64,000 nucleotides of DNA from an uncultured Planctomycetota bacterium (GCA_937944855.1 CALFAY010000008.1:4653-68652); one strand, 5' to 3'; counted from the stretch's first letter, positions 8,720 through 20,377 are shown. Notes: generated by a model from the sequence alone, not told the origin. Program-made: numbers and translations.

Positions 8720-9628
8720 TCACTCCGCTGAGGGCAAAAAGGATGAGAACTTGCGCGGATCGCGAGTGACAGCCAGCGTGAGCGGCGACAACGAACCCAA
8801 CTCTGCTGTCTGCCGCAACACCAGTCCGTCCGACTCCCGGACATAAATCTTCATGCTGCGACCGCCCTGAACCGCTTCCACGACCAGACAGGGAACGTAT
8901 TCGCCTCGCCACAACAGCCCCTGCGGCTGGTCCCAGACTCGCACTGTCACGGCGGGACGGCTGATCTCAGCCGTCGTCAGGTTTCCCGACGAGAACGACT
9001 GCCCGAGAATGGATTCGACCGGATCGACGATCGGCGTCTTCCAGGTTTGTCCCGGCTTCAGGCCCGGCATGCGGTCCAAGGGACAGAGACTGCTTAACAC
9101 GAGGTCGGTGCCATCGTAGGAGATCGTCTGCTCGACCTCGTGGTTCTCGCTGGCGATGCGGAAGAAAGCCTGGATCCGCAGCTTGTCCGGTCCCTGCGGT
9201 CGGCCGATCAGGTCGCAATGCAGATTCACCTCGGGAATGGCCGCTTTGAAGCGAATCTCCTGCAAGCGTCCGAACAGATTCACCTCGGAGCGACTGGTCA
9301 AGTTCAGGGAGAACCCAGTATTGAAGAGGCGAACCAGATGGATGTGCTGGATGAGGAGGTATTTCCCACTGCGAGCATCCAACTGGACCTCGGTGACGGC
9401 AGTGCCCAGCGGACGCTCCTCGGGTGCTTCGCCTTCCCTGAGCGGACGATCCCGTTTGAGGATTTCCGTGATGTTCCAATGAACCGGACCGGCCTGGGCA
9501 CTGGCTGCCAGCGTGTCCTGCAAGCGTGGCCGGGTGCCGAAGCGGTGGTAAAGCTCCGCTCCGGTCAACCAGACCATCATGGCCACCCAAAAGACGAGGA
9601 TTGACCAGCTTGCCCAGCGGCTTGGCAT
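8720..9628 (-). CDS. Membrane-anchored hypothetical protein, first gene of the ABC operon
   Basis: 302 aa. ATG start with GGAAGGAG 6 nt upstream. N-terminal TM is WSILVFWVAMMVWL, followed by a beta-rich body. Its stop lies 15 nt before the ATPase start. Confidence 0.7.
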   Translation of the reverse strand: MPSRWASWSILVFWVAMMVWLTGAELYHRFGTRPRLQDTLAASAQAGPVHWNITEILKRDRPLREGEAPEERPLGTAVTEVQLDARSGKYLLIQHIHLVRLFNTGFSLNLTSRSEVNLFGRLQEIRFKAAIPEVNLHCDLIGRPQGPDKLRIQAFFRIASENHEVEQTISYDGTDLVLSSLCPLDRMPGLKPGQTWKTPIVDPVESILGQSFSSGNLTTAEISRPAVTVRVWDQPQGLLWRGEYVPCLVVEAVQGGRSMKIYVRESDGLVLRQTAELGSLSPLTLAVTRDPRKFSSFLPSAE

Positions 9629-9654
9629 GCGTACTCCTTCCCGCCCTTATCGCA

Positions 9655-9684
9655 ATTGTAGGTGCCGAGGACCGGGGAACGCAA
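9655..9684 (-). promoter_or_regulatory. Sigma70-like promoter for the 9628..6178 operon
   Basis: Reverse strand reads TTGCGT - 18 nt - TACAAT. The -10 element lies about 27 nt upstream of ATG 9628, leaving a short leader that contains the SD. Confidence 0.35.
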
Positions 9685-9858
9685 TCGTTGGCAAATCTGG
9701 CGCAAGTTCCAGCGTTTTTTCCGTACACCAGTTGGTCTGGCTTCAGAAGTTAGCAACTGCTATGGTGCTGCCCGGATCGCCAGACGGTTCTAGCCTCCTC
9801 TGACCCAGACCCGTCTCATCAAACATCCCGCAAACCCCGTTCGTGGAGGGACCGACCC

Positions 9859-10155
9859 GTGCTGTTTCCCTGGCTTCTGCTCGCAGCCACAGTTTTTGCG
9901 TCCGCGATAGGCGTTCTCGGTATCGTATGGTGCCGATGCCGACAGGACTCACTTCTTGCCCGCTGGGGCCGACGGATCGTCGTAGGGGTGCTGGGCTTGC
10001 TCGGACTGGGCAGCGCGCTGATCGCCTTGCAGCCGCACAGAGGGTTGGTCTATCTCGGCCTGACCATGGGGCTGTTGGTCGTTGCCATGATGTGGGAACG
10101 GACTGGCGAAGCCGCTTGGCGATGGGAAGGCGATCCGTCTTTGCCGCTGCGGTGA
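9859..10155 (+). CDS. Small integral membrane protein (about 3 TM)
   Basis: 98 aa. GTG start with GGAGGG 8 nt upstream and three hydrophobic segments. It is followed by the terminator at 10186. The competing 163-aa ORF in another frame is Arg-rich junk. Confidence 0.55.
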   Translation: MLFPWLLLAATVFASAIGVLGIVWCRCRQDSLLARWGRRIVVGVLGLLGLGSALIALQPHRGLVYLGLTMGLLVVAMMWERTGEAAWRWEGDPSLPLR

Positions 10156-10185
10156 CGTCGAAGCAGACCCCCTGGGAAAAGGCCT

Positions 10186-10227
10186 GGGGCGTCGCCCCCT
10201 GTTCCCCGCGGCACGACGCCCCTTTTT
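10186..10227 (+). terminator. Intrinsic terminator, possibly bidirectional
   Basis: Perfect 9-bp stem GGGGCGTCG (10186-10194) / CGACGCCCC (10214-10222) with a 19-nt loop, followed by TTTTT. On the other strand the hairpin is followed by AGGCCTTTTCCC. It lies between the convergent genes 9859..10155 (+) and 10253..10630 (-). Confidence 0.6.
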
Positions 10228-10252
10228 ATGGAAGTCTTTTTGTTCGGCACAG

Positions 10253-10630
10253 CTACGGGGAATCCGCAGCCAGCGGTCCCGTCATCGGTACGAGTTGGCG
10301 AATGACCGGCGTCGACCCGTTGATTTTGCCGTAGGTCCACAACTTTTCGCACGGCTCCGGGGGAATGCAGGGAGCCGCGTGGAACGGCACCATCGGCCCG
10401 GCAGGCAAACAACTCTTACAGTCCGGTTGCCAAGGACGAACCACCGTCCACGGCGTCGGAGAAGGCGGCGTCCACAGCTCCCGCAACCCGTGCCAGCGCA
10501 CCCAGTAGGAACCTTTCGGCTCATACCAGCCGTAAGGGTAATACCAGACGTGGCCATCGGCCCGGATGGACTGAGTCAGCCCAGCCAAGGCCGCCAAGCC
10601 GATCAAGCTCGCAATCAAGCAGCGTCTCAT
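10253..10630 (-). CDS. Small secreted Trp/Pro/Tyr-rich protein
   Basis: I start it at ATG 10630 (MRRCLIASLIGLAALAGLTQSIRADG, signal-like). The mature ~100 aa are rich in W, P and Y and contain four Cys (GHVWYYPYGWYEPKGSYWVRWHG...). Confidence 0.55.
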   Translation of the reverse strand: MRRCLIASLIGLAALAGLTQSIRADGHVWYYPYGWYEPKGSYWVRWHGLRELWTPPSPTPWTVVRPWQPDCKSCLPAGPMVPFHAAPCIPPEPCEKLWTYGKINGSTPVIRQLVPMTGPLAADSP

Positions 10631-10829
10631 GGGATGCCATCCTAGTGCGAAAGTTCCAAGGATTGTCGAGTCCACTCCTCTGTGGACCAGTCTAGCCGCG
10701 CTTTGAGCCGATACGGATCACTGGCTGGGTCTGATGGGATTTTTTAGCAGCAGGCTGCACAAGACGGACGGCATCCGCAGACGGGTCGGCACAGCCGATG
10801 CGACTTCGTTCAGCGGAGCGACTTACCTG

Positions 10830-11861
10830 TCACGCGGAAACGGGCGCTGCGGATGGCATGTAGGTCGGATAGGCATCCAGGTCCAAGGGTGCGAGTTGCC
10901 CGGTTCGCCATTTCTCGACCGCCATTGCAGCCATTGCGGCGTTGTCGGTGCACAGCGCCATCGGCGGGATGAACAGACGCCAGCCGTGCTCCTCGGTCAT
11001 CTTTTGCAGGGCCTGACGGAACGGCTGATTGGCGGCCACGCCTCCGCCGACGCACAAGTTTTCCAGCCCAGTCTGTTCCAGGGCTTGCCGACACTTCCCC
11101 ACCAGGACGTCAATGACCGCTAACTGAAAACTGGCGGCCAGGTCCGCCTTGGCCTGCTCAGAAACCGTACCGCCCTCGGCCTTGGCCAAGTCTCGATGAG
11201 CATACAGCACTGCCGTTTTCAAACCACTGAAGCTGAAATCGAAGTGGGGATCACGGAGGAACGCCCGCGGAAAAGCAAACCGCTTCGGATTCCCGGTGCG
11301 TGCTGCCTTCTCGATCAACGGTCCGCCGGGAAAACCTAATCCGAGGATGCTCGCCACCTTGTCAAAGGCCTCGCCGGCGGCATCGTCGATGGTCGCCCCA
11401 AGCAGCCGGAATTCTAAGGCTGAACGACACTCAAACAGGCAGGTATGTCCTCCGCTGACTACCAGGCCAATGGCTGGGAAGACCTCGCATCCGGCGGCGA
11501 GTCGGCAGGCGTAGATGTGGGCCTCGATGTGATTGACAGCCAACAGCGGCACGTCGAGGGCAACGGCCAGCATCTTGGCCGCACTGACGCCGACCAGCAG
11601 CGAGCCGACCAGCCCCGGCGTGTTCATGACGGCAACGGCTTCAATGTCCGGCAGCGCGATGCCAGCTTGCTTCAAGGCATCGTCAATGACCGGCAGCAGC
11701 CTTTGCAGATGCGCTCGGGCCGCTACTTCGGGAACGACACCGCCGAAGCGTTCGTGCAGCTTGGCCTGGGACGCGACCACGTTTGCCAGAATCTTCGGCT
11801 CTTCGTCGAAAACGGCCGCTGCCGTCTCATCGCAAGAGGATTCAATGGCCAGGAAGTACAT
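10830..11861 (-). CDS. tsaD: tRNA N6-adenosine threonylcarbamoyltransferase
   Basis: 343 aa. MYFLAIESSCDETAAAVF... HLQRLLPVI ... GGVAAN match the TsaD/Kae1 family hallmarks. The start lies 6 nt after the stop of the S41 protease gene. Confidence 0.93.
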   Translation of the reverse strand: MYFLAIESSCDETAAAVFDEEPKILANVVASQAKLHERFGGVVPEVAARAHLQRLLPVIDDALKQAGIALPDIEAVAVMNTPGLVGSLLVGVSAAKMLAVALDVPLLAVNHIEAHIYACRLAAGCEVFPAIGLVVSGGHTCLFECRSALEFRLLGATIDDAAGEAFDKVASILGLGFPGGPLIEKAARTGNPKRFAFPRAFLRDPHFDFSFSGLKTAVLYAHRDLAKAEGGTVSEQAKADLAASFQLAVIDVLVGKCRQALEQTGLENLCVGGGVAANQPFRQALQKMTEEHGWRLFIPPMALCTDNAAMAAMAVEKWRTGQLAPLDLDAYPTYMPSAAPVSA

Positions 11862-11867
11862 CGCTCT

Positions 11868-13358
11868 TTATCTCGCTCGTCGAACCGTTGCGGGTTTGCC
11901 GAGTTGCTCCCTCAGATACTCCACGGCTCGATCACGGACTTTGTCCTGGAATGGCAACGGCGGCCAGGGCAGAGACTCCGAAGCGGCCCCGATATGCACG
12001 CCGGCAAGGGCGGGCCCCCAGGGCGGATCGCATTGCCACGCGGATGCCACGGACGACGCCACCCGAGCCAGCGGTTCCCGCAGCTCTTCGGGCTTCAGTT
12101 CGTCGCGGACGATGTCCCGGTCCCGACGAGCCAGCCAGTATTCTTCTCGTTCAGCGCGGGTCAACGGGATTTCGACGTCGGGCCGGACTCCCCAGTCATC
12201 CTCGTCCTTGCTCTCGGGAAAGCGGTGGATGTTTTTGCCACTGGGCCGCATGTACTTCGCCGTCGTCAGCTTCAGGGCTGCTTTGCCCCCTTCCATCGGG
12301 ATCAGCGTCTGCACGCTGCCCTTGCCGAAGGATCGTTCGCCCATGACGATGGCCCGCTTATGGTCCTGCAACGCTGCCGCCACGATCTCGCTGGCACTGG
12401 CGCTTGAACCGTCAATAAGCACCACAAGGGGCTTGCCCTGGAGCATCGTGCCCGGCTCCCGAGCTTCGTAGGTGGAATGGGTCCGGTTACGGCCCTCGAC
12501 ACTGACCACGACGCCGCTGGTCAAGAACAGGTCGGCGATATTGACTGCGGAGTCGAGCAAGCCACCAGGATTATTCCGCAAGTCGAGAATCAGGCCGCGA
12601 ACTTGCTCGTTTTCCAGTCGAGCCAGCACGTTGCGAAGTTCGTCGAAGGACTTCTTGGTGAACTGACTGAGCCGGACATAAGCAATGCGATTCTCTTTGT
12701 CGAGCATGAAGTCCCAGTTCTTGTTGGCGTCGCGCTGGTCGCCGAGGACGCTTTCGACTTCGATGATACTCCGCACCAAGGTCTTTTCCACGGTGCGGGT
12801 GGATCCGCGGGGACGGATCGTAAGTCGAACCGTGGTGCCGGGAGGTCCCTGAATGCGCTCGACGGCGTCTTCGGCTGACATCCCCTGTGTCGGCTCACCG
12901 TCTATTTTCTCGATCTCGTCTCCTGGTTTGATGCCCGCTTTGTACGCCGGGGTGCCCACGATCGGACTAATGACCACGATCCGCCGGGAGTCCCGATCCA
13001 CGACGATCTGGATGCCGACGCCGCCAAACACGCCCTCGCTTTGGCGACTGAAGGCCTTGAAGTCCTTGGGGTTGATGTACGCCGAGTGGATGTCCAGGCT
13101 TTGAAGACCGGCCTGGATGGCGTTTTCCATAAACTTCTGACGTTCCTCGTCGCTCAATTCGTGGACATAGTTCAACTCCACGTTTTGCAGTACGTCCACC
13201 AGCAGACTGAGCCGCTCGTAGTTCTGCTGGTAGCCGGGAAACCCTTTGAGCAAGTGCAGCGGGCCGCGAGGCGGAACTATGCTCCCTTGCGCAAGCGTCC
13301 AGCAGATGAGCGATCCCAGACCGATGCCCAGAAGCCAGTACAGGTTACGTCGTGGCAT
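11868..13358 (-). CDS. S41 family carboxyl-terminal processing peptidase
   Basis: 496 aa with an N-terminal TM. PDZ domain (VISPIVGTPAYKAGIKPGDEIEKIDGEP). Catalytic region LILDLRNNPGGLLDSAV and SASASEIVAAALQD...GERSFGKGSVQ. AGGAGGA lies upstream of the ATG. Confidence 0.9.
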   Translation of the reverse strand: MPRRNLYWLLGIGLGSLICWTLAQGSIVPPRGPLHLLKGFPGYQQNYERLSLLVDVLQNVELNYVHELSDEERQKFMENAIQAGLQSLDIHSAYINPKDFKAFSRQSEGVFGGVGIQIVVDRDSRRIVVISPIVGTPAYKAGIKPGDEIEKIDGEPTQGMSAEDAVERIQGPPGTTVRLTIRPRGSTRTVEKTLVRSIIEVESVLGDQRDANKNWDFMLDKENRIAYVRLSQFTKKSFDELRNVLARLENEQVRGLILDLRNNPGGLLDSAVNIADLFLTSGVVVSVEGRNRTHSTYEAREPGTMLQGKPLVVLIDGSSASASEIVAAALQDHKRAIVMGERSFGKGSVQTLIPMEGGKAALKLTTAKYMRPSGKNIHRFPESKDEDDWGVRPDVEIPLTRAEREEYWLARRDRDIVRDELKPEELREPLARVASSVASAWQCDPPWGPALAGVHIGAASESLPWPPLPFQDKVRDRAVEYLREQLGKPATVRRAR

Positions 13359-13466
13359 GGCCTTCTGTCCTCCTGGGGACCTGCGGCCCGTTCCCTGCGG
13401 ACCGTCGCGGGATTATAGTGTCGAAGGGGAATTGCCACAAGCTCCGCCTGCCGAGAGGGATTTCCG

Positions 13467-14738
13467 ATGCGGCTTCCACGTCTGGTTCGCCTGCGACAGC
13501 ACTTTGAACGTCCCCGAATCGAGGACATACCCAAGGCGGTGCTTCAAACTCTCCGGTCCCTGGACCTCAGCGCGAAGAACCGTCCCGGCGATACTGTCGC
13601 CCTCACCGCGGGAAGCCGCGGCATCGCCAACATCGCTCTCATTCTCCGTAACACAGTTGCATTTCTCAAAGGTCTTGGAGCCAGACCATTCATCGTGCCA
13701 GCTATGGGCAGTCACGGCGGCGGGACGGCCGAAGGGCAGCGGCAGATTCTGCACAGTTATGGCATCACGGAGGATTTCGTCGATGCTCCGATCCGGGCCT
13801 CGATGGAAGTCATTTCCCTGGGCACGACTGCCGAAGGCTTTCCCGTGTTTCTTGACCGCATGGCCTCAGAGGCCGACCATATCGGCGTCATTGCTCGGAT
13901 CAAGCCACATACCGCCTACCACGGCCCGATCGAGAGCGGCCTGTTGAAAATGATGATGATCGGCCTGGGCAAACATGCGGGGGCCATCGAATACCATCGG
14001 ATTCTCTTAGAACACCCCTACGATCGGGTCGTCCGCTCCGTAGCCCGGCACATTCTCGCCAACGCCCCGATCTGCTTCGGTTTGGCCATCGTCGAGAACG
14101 CCTATGATGAGACGGCTCTGATCGAAGCCGTGCAGCCAGAGGATTTCGAGTCAGCCGAGGAACGCTTGCTGGCTCAGGCCCGCGCGTGGCTGCCCCGCCT
14201 GCCGTGGCGCAAGGGCGAACTGCTGATCGTGGACGAGATCGGTAAGGACATCAGCGGCTCGGGGATGGATACCAACGTGGTTGGGCGCAAACGGGCTTTT
14301 CGGGGACAGGCGACCAGCGGACAGCCTGAGTACCGCAGCATTTTCGTTCGCGGACTGTCCGCAAAGACGCACGGAAACGCTGCGGGAATCGGCTTAGCCG
14401 ACTTCACCACGACCCGCCTCGTCCGTGCCATGGACTATCGAGCAACGGTCATTAACTGCCTGACGGCAGGCTATCCGGAGGGGGCTAACATTCCCGTCCA
14501 CTTCGACACGGACCGAGAGGTGATCGAAGCGGCCCTGGCGATAATCGGTACGCGGAAACCGGAGCAGGCCCGGGTTATGCGTATCAAGAACACCCTGGAG
14601 TTGGGTACCATTCTGGCTTCCGAAGCCTGCCTGGAAGAACCGGTGCGGGAAACGGAGTTTACCGTCGTAGGTCTGCCTCAACCGATCTGCTTCGATGAGA
14701 TGGGAAACCTGCCGCCTTGGGATTGCGGTACTTTTTAA
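13467..14738 (+). CDS. LarA-like / DUF2088-type protein, paralog 2
   Basis: 423 aa, collinear with 1675..3000 along its whole length (same conserved blocks, by-eye identity around 35-40 percent). GAGAGGGA lies upstream of the ATG. Confidence 0.75.
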   Translation: MRLPRLVRLRQHFERPRIEDIPKAVLQTLRSLDLSAKNRPGDTVALTAGSRGIANIALILRNTVAFLKGLGARPFIVPAMGSHGGGTAEGQRQILHSYGITEDFVDAPIRASMEVISLGTTAEGFPVFLDRMASEADHIGVIARIKPHTAYHGPIESGLLKMMMIGLGKHAGAIEYHRILLEHPYDRVVRSVARHILANAPICFGLAIVENAYDETALIEAVQPEDFESAEERLLAQARAWLPRLPWRKGELLIVDEIGKDISGSGMDTNVVGRKRAFRGQATSGQPEYRSIFVRGLSAKTHGNAAGIGLADFTTTRLVRAMDYRATVINCLTAGYPEGANIPVHFDTDREVIEAALAIIGTRKPEQARVMRIKNTLELGTILASEACLEEPVRETEFTVVGLPQPICFDEMGNLPPWDCGTF

Positions 14739-15094
14739 CCGCTGGCTGAAGGCCCCCGATGCGGCACGCCAGGGATCGGCGTCGGAGCTTCCACCTTGCG
14801 GTAGCCCAAAGCTCTCAACACCTCCAGGACTTCGCTCCAGGTTGGGAAAGGCCGGCGATTGTAGCGCTTGTAATCATCCATGGCTCGCATGAATTCGATC
14901 TCTTCGCTGGTGTAATCCCGCTCACAGGTGGTAGGGTCCACCTGCCGCCGCCGTTCTCCGACCCGACGGTCTTTGCCGCTCCGCCGTTCCACGGCTACAG
15001 GGATGTTCTTTTTGCGGCGTTCTCCCTTGCGGCGGTCCTGGTTCCCTCGTCGGTCAAAGATGGGACCGGCAGGCGGCGTGAGATCGTTGCTCAT
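14735..15094 (-). CDS. Small basic protein with tandem Arg-rich motifs and a conserved-looking C-terminal helical domain
   Basis: 119 aa from ATG 15094. It is the only credible part of the 600-aa track ORF. N-terminal half: [34 protein letters not shown]-terminal half: [40 protein letters not shown]. Its stop overlaps the stop of 13467..14738 within a TTAA. Confidence 0.6.
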   Translation of the reverse strand: MSNDLTPPAGPIFDRRGNQDRRKGERRKKNIPVAVERRSGKDRRVGERRRQVDPTTCERDYTSEEIEFMRAMDDYKRYNRRPFPTWSEVLEVLRALGYRKVEAPTPIPGVPHRGPSASG

Positions 15095-15268
15095 GCGTGA
15101 TTTCCCTGAAGACACGCGGTCTGGCGACGGGCAGAGACGAAGACCAATCGGTCTCCACCTCACAACACCAATATACCTCACATTTTGCTGCCGACCAACC
15201 AGGACAGTTCTCAAGGGAGTTCTATTTCCGCAACCTGGCGTCATTTTTCTGGAAATCGGGCCTTGCAG

Positions 15269-18200
15269 ATGGTAAATTTCACGTTTATGAGCCTGCCACG
15301 ACTGCTTCCCGCCTTGTTTTGCTGGTTTTCCTGGGTCGTTCTCGCCAGCCGTCTCAACGTCGGGCCGGAATCGGCATCGGCTGATCCAACGCCCCCCGGT
15401 CCCACGCAGACAAGCCCGCTGGCCCCCGAAGAAGCGCTTCGGCACTTCAAAACGCCGAACGATCTCCGTCTCGAAGTGGTTCTGCACGAGCCGACTGTCC
15501 GCCAGCCGGTCCATCTCAGTTTCGACGAACGGGGACGGTTGTGGGTCGTGCAGTACATCCAGTATCCGCATCCGGCCGGACTGAAGATGCTGAGCCGCGA
15601 TGGCGTCTGGCGGGCAGTGTACGATCAGGTTCCGCCTCCGCCGCCTCGCCACTTCCGCGGAGCGGATCGGATCACGATCCACGAAGACACAGACGGGGAC
15701 GGCGCGTATGAAACCCACAAAGTATTTGTCGAAGGGCTGAATCTGACGACGGCAGCGGCTCGGGGACGCGGCGGCGTCTGGGTGCTCAACCCGCCTTATC
15801 TCCTCTTCTACCCGGATCGCGACGGGGACGACATTCCCGACGGCGATCCGGAAGTGCATCTGTCGGGATTCGGGCTGGAAGACTCGCATTCCGTGGTCAA
15901 CAGCCTGTGCTGGGGACCGGACGGTTGGCTGTACGCTGCTCAGGGCAGTACGGTGTCGGCGTCGGTGCGTAAGCCCGGCTCGCATGAACCGCCGGTCAAC
16001 TCCATGGGACAATTGATCTGGCGATACCATCCCGAAAGACGCCGTTACGAAATCTTTGCCGAAGGAGGCGGAAACGCTTTCGGCGTCGAGATCGACCATC
16101 TGGGTCGTGTGTTCTCGGGGCACAACGGCGGGGACACCCGCGGTTTCCATTACGTCCAGGGCGGATACTCGCTCAAGGGCTTCGCCAAGCACGGGCCGCT
16201 GTCGAATCCTTACGCCTTCGGATACTTCGGTGCCATGCGGCACAACACCACGCCCCGGTTCACGCACACGTTCACTTTCTACGACGGGACAGGCTTGCCC
16301 GAGCGGTATCGGGACGTGCTTTTCGGCGTGTCCCCTGTCCTGCGACATGTGGTGATGAGCGAACGCAAACCGGACGGTTCGACATTTCAGACGCAGGACA
16401 TCGGCTTCGCCGTTACAACAGACGATCCCTGGTTCATGCCGGTGGACATCAAGCACGGCCCGGACGGTGCCTTGTACATCACCGACTGGTACGACAACCG
16501 CGCCGCTCACGGGCAGCATTACGAGGGCAACATTCACCGCGATTCGGGTCGAGTTTATCGCCTTACCGGGCGGGAAGCTCGTCCGGCAAAGGCTCCCGAT
16601 CTGGGTCGGTTACCCACGGCTGATTTGGTCCGCTTGCTTGAGCACCCGAACCGCTGGCATAGACAGACCGCCCTGCGACTGCTGGGCGATCGCAAGGATG
16701 CGTCCGCGGTTCCCCTGTGCGAACGGCTGCTGGAAGCCGATTCCGAGGTCGCATCGTTGAACGCCCTGTGGGGACTGTATCAAAGCGGCGGCTGGTCTGA
16801 GGCTCGTGGCATTGATCTGTTGCGGCATCGGCATCCCCACGTTCGGGCCTGGGCGGTCCGTCTGCTGTGCGACGACGGAAGCCTCAGCGACGAGGCAGCA
16901 TCGCACTTGACGCAATTAGCCAAGGGGGAAAGCGAAGTCGTTGTGCGGAGCCAATTGGCCTGTTCGGCCAGGAGACTGCCGGCCTCTCAAGCCCTGCCGG
17001 TGGTTCGCGCTCTTCTGGAGCATGCCGAGGACGGTCACGATCCGCACATCCCTCTGCTTTTGTGGTGGGCCTTGGAAGCCAAGCTCACCCAGAACCCGCA
17101 GGAAGCACTGGCACCTTTTGAAAAAAGCGAAATTTGGAACCTGCCGCTGGTGCGGGAACACATTCTCGAAAGGCTCATGCGACGCTTCGCCTCGACCGGA
17201 AAACGGAAGGATCTGGAGACGTGTGCCCGGTTGCTCAAGCTCAGTCCCAGTGCCGAACATACGCGCATACTGCTGTCCGGCTTCGAGACGGCCTTTTTGG
17301 GACGGACACTGCCTGACTTGCCCCAGGAGCTTGCGGAAGCCCTGGCAGCCTACGGTAAGCACTCGCTTGTTCTCGGCATCCGTCAGAAGCGGCCGGAAGC
17401 CATCGAAGAAGCCCTCCGCATCGTGAGCGACGACCGAACAGAACGCAGCAAGCGAGTCCAATACGTGCAGGTGCTCGGGGAAACGGCACCTCCTCAAGCA
17501 CTCCCGGTTCTGCTCAAACTGGCAACTTCGTCTCCCGACACGCCTTTGCGAACCGCGGCCCTGACTGCCTTGCAACGGTACGATGATCCCGTCATCGCTC
17601 CGGCCATCCTGACTGCTCTGCCGCAAATGTCGGACGAGCTGCGCGGCCCAGCCCTGGGCCTGCTAAGCTCCCGCCTGCCGTGGGCAAGGCTCGTTCTCGA
17701 GGCGGTGGAAGTTGGTCGGCTGGCGAAGCGTCTTGTTCCCGTCGAGTTCGCCCGTCGGCTCCTGCTGACCCGAGACGAAGCGCTTCATGCCCGTATTCAC
17801 GCGATTTGGGGCGACCTCGAACCCGCAGCGCCGGAGGCCCTTCGCCGTGAACTGGATAAACTGACCGCAATCGTCACAAGGGGGTCTGGAATCCCAAAGC
17901 ATGGGAGGGACCTGTTCCGTGAGCACTGCGGCAAGTGCCACACCTTTTTCGGCGAAGGCGGCAAAGTCGGCCCCGACCTGACGTCGTACAATCGTTCCGA
18001 TCTGCCCAATCTGCTTTTGAACATCGTCCATCCCAGTGCTGAAATCCGGGAGGGATACGTCACCTACGTCATCCTGACCAAGGATGGACGAACCCTGGTC
18101 GGTTGCTTGGCCGATCAGGACGCGGCGTCCGTCGTCCTCCGCAGCGATGAGGGTACGGAAACGGTCGTGGCTCGGGATGACATCGATCTCATGGAGACCC

Positions 18201-18307
18201 GCAAGACCTCGCTCATGCCCGAAGGTCTGCTCAAGGCGCTGACGGACCAGCAGATCCGGGATCTGATCGCGTATTTGCGGATTTCGCAGCCCTTGATCGA
18301 CAAATGA
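15269..18307 (+). CDS. PVC-type heme-binding protein: membrane-bound-dehydrogenase-like beta-propeller + HEAT repeats + C-terminal cytochrome c
   Basis: N-terminal signal ([21 protein letters not shown]). Dehydrogenase-domain opening [47 protein letters not shown]-like helical middle region. C-terminal heme motif [20 protein letters not shown] ... SLMPEGL. The start is uncertain among 15185, 15269 and 15287. Confidence 0.85.
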   Translation: MVNFTFMSLPRLLPALFCWFSWVVLASRLNVGPESASADPTPPGPTQTSPLAPEEALRHFKTPNDLRLEVVLHEPTVRQPVHLSFDERGRLWVVQYIQYPHPAGLKMLSRDGVWRAVYDQVPPPPPRHFRGADRITIHEDTDGDGAYETHKVFVEGLNLTTAAARGRGGVWVLNPPYLLFYPDRDGDDIPDGDPEVHLSGFGLEDSHSVVNSLCWGPDGWLYAAQGSTVSASVRKPGSHEPPVNSMGQLIWRYHPERRRYEIFAEGGGNAFGVEIDHLGRVFSGHNGGDTRGFHYVQGGYSLKGFAKHGPLSNPYAFGYFGAMRHNTTPRFTHTFTFYDGTGLPERYRDVLFGVSPVLRHVVMSERKPDGSTFQTQDIGFAVTTDDPWFMPVDIKHGPDGALYITDWYDNRAAHGQHYEGNIHRDSGRVYRLTGREARPAKAPDLGRLPTADLVRLLEHPNRWHRQTALRLLGDRKDASAVPLCERLLEADSEVASLNALWGLYQSGGWSEARGIDLLRHRHPHVRAWAVRLLCDDGSLSDEAASHLTQLAKGESEVVVRSQLACSARRLPASQALPVVRALLEHAEDGHDPHIPLLLWWALEAKLTQNPQEALAPFEKSEIWNLPLVREHILERLMRRFASTGKRKDLETCARLLKLSPSAEHTRILLSGFETAFLGRTLPDLPQELAEALAAYGKHSLVLGIRQKRPEAIEEALRIVSDDRTERSKRVQYVQVLGETAPPQALPVLLKLATSSPDTPLRTAALTALQRYDDPVIAPAILTALPQMSDELRGPALGLLSSRLPWARLVLEAVEVGRLAKRLVPVEFARRLLLTRDEALHARIHAIWGDLEPAAPEALRRELDKLTAIVTRGSGIPKHGRDLFREHCGKCHTFFGEGGKVGPDLTSYNRSDLPNLLLNIVHPSAEIREGYVTYVILTKDGRTLVGCLADQDAASVVLRSDEGTETVVARDDIDLMETRKTSLMPEGLLKALTDQQIRDLIAYLRISQPLIDK

Positions 18308-18433
18308 CAGCCAGGGGCCTTGGCAGGTCCGCTTGCAGGGTCGTGTCCCGCCCAAGTAGGATAATGATTTAACCCGTCCCAGCCCGATTCCGGTTTCTGT
18401 ACCAGTCACGCGCTTGCTCCTGGGGATCGAGTC

Positions 18434-18631
18434 ATGCCTCACGTCGGCGAAATGCACAAGCGGGAGTGGTTTGCCGGTCAGGCCATGTCGGCATTGTTGA
18501 GTCATCCGACACGGATGCACCAACAGCCCGGCGAATCCGACGAAGAATTCGCTCTTCGCGTTGCCATCAAGGCGTACCAGATCGCGGATGCTCTGGTGAA
18601 CGTGGGTTACCGAAAAGACTCACGGCACTAA
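18434..18631 (+). CDS. Small hypothetical protein (65 aa)
   Basis: ATG start, non-repetitive sequence (EWFAGQAMSALLSHP...ALRVAIKAYQIADALV), and third-position GC slightly lower than its neighbours. A possible TTGCAG-17-TAGGAT promoter lies at 18333-18361. Support is weak. Confidence 0.35.
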   Translation: MPHVGEMHKREWFAGQAMSALLSHPTRMHQQPGESDEEFALRVAIKAYQIADALVNVGYRKDSRH

Positions 18632-18703
18632 CATGATGGTACGGATGCGCTGTCCAGCATTCGGGCGACGGCCTTCCGGGAGGAGCCGGTCGGCAGAGAG
18701 ACT

Positions 18704-20377
<1,674 letters not shown>

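Noticed and set aside
8706-8912. N-terminal extension of the ABC ATPase ORF (track start 8912)
   Set aside because: It would overlap the upstream 302-aa gene by about 190 nt and adds a low-complexity Gly/Arg/Ser leader. The internal ATG 8705 gives a canonical ABC N-terminus 15 nt after the upstream stop.
15095-16537. Upstream 480 codons of the 600-aa reverse ORF 14735..16537
   Set aside because: It overlaps the well-supported heme-binding dehydrogenase gene on the other strand and is compositionally junk (runs of R, H, P, V). Only the last 119 codons (14735..15094) look like a real gene.
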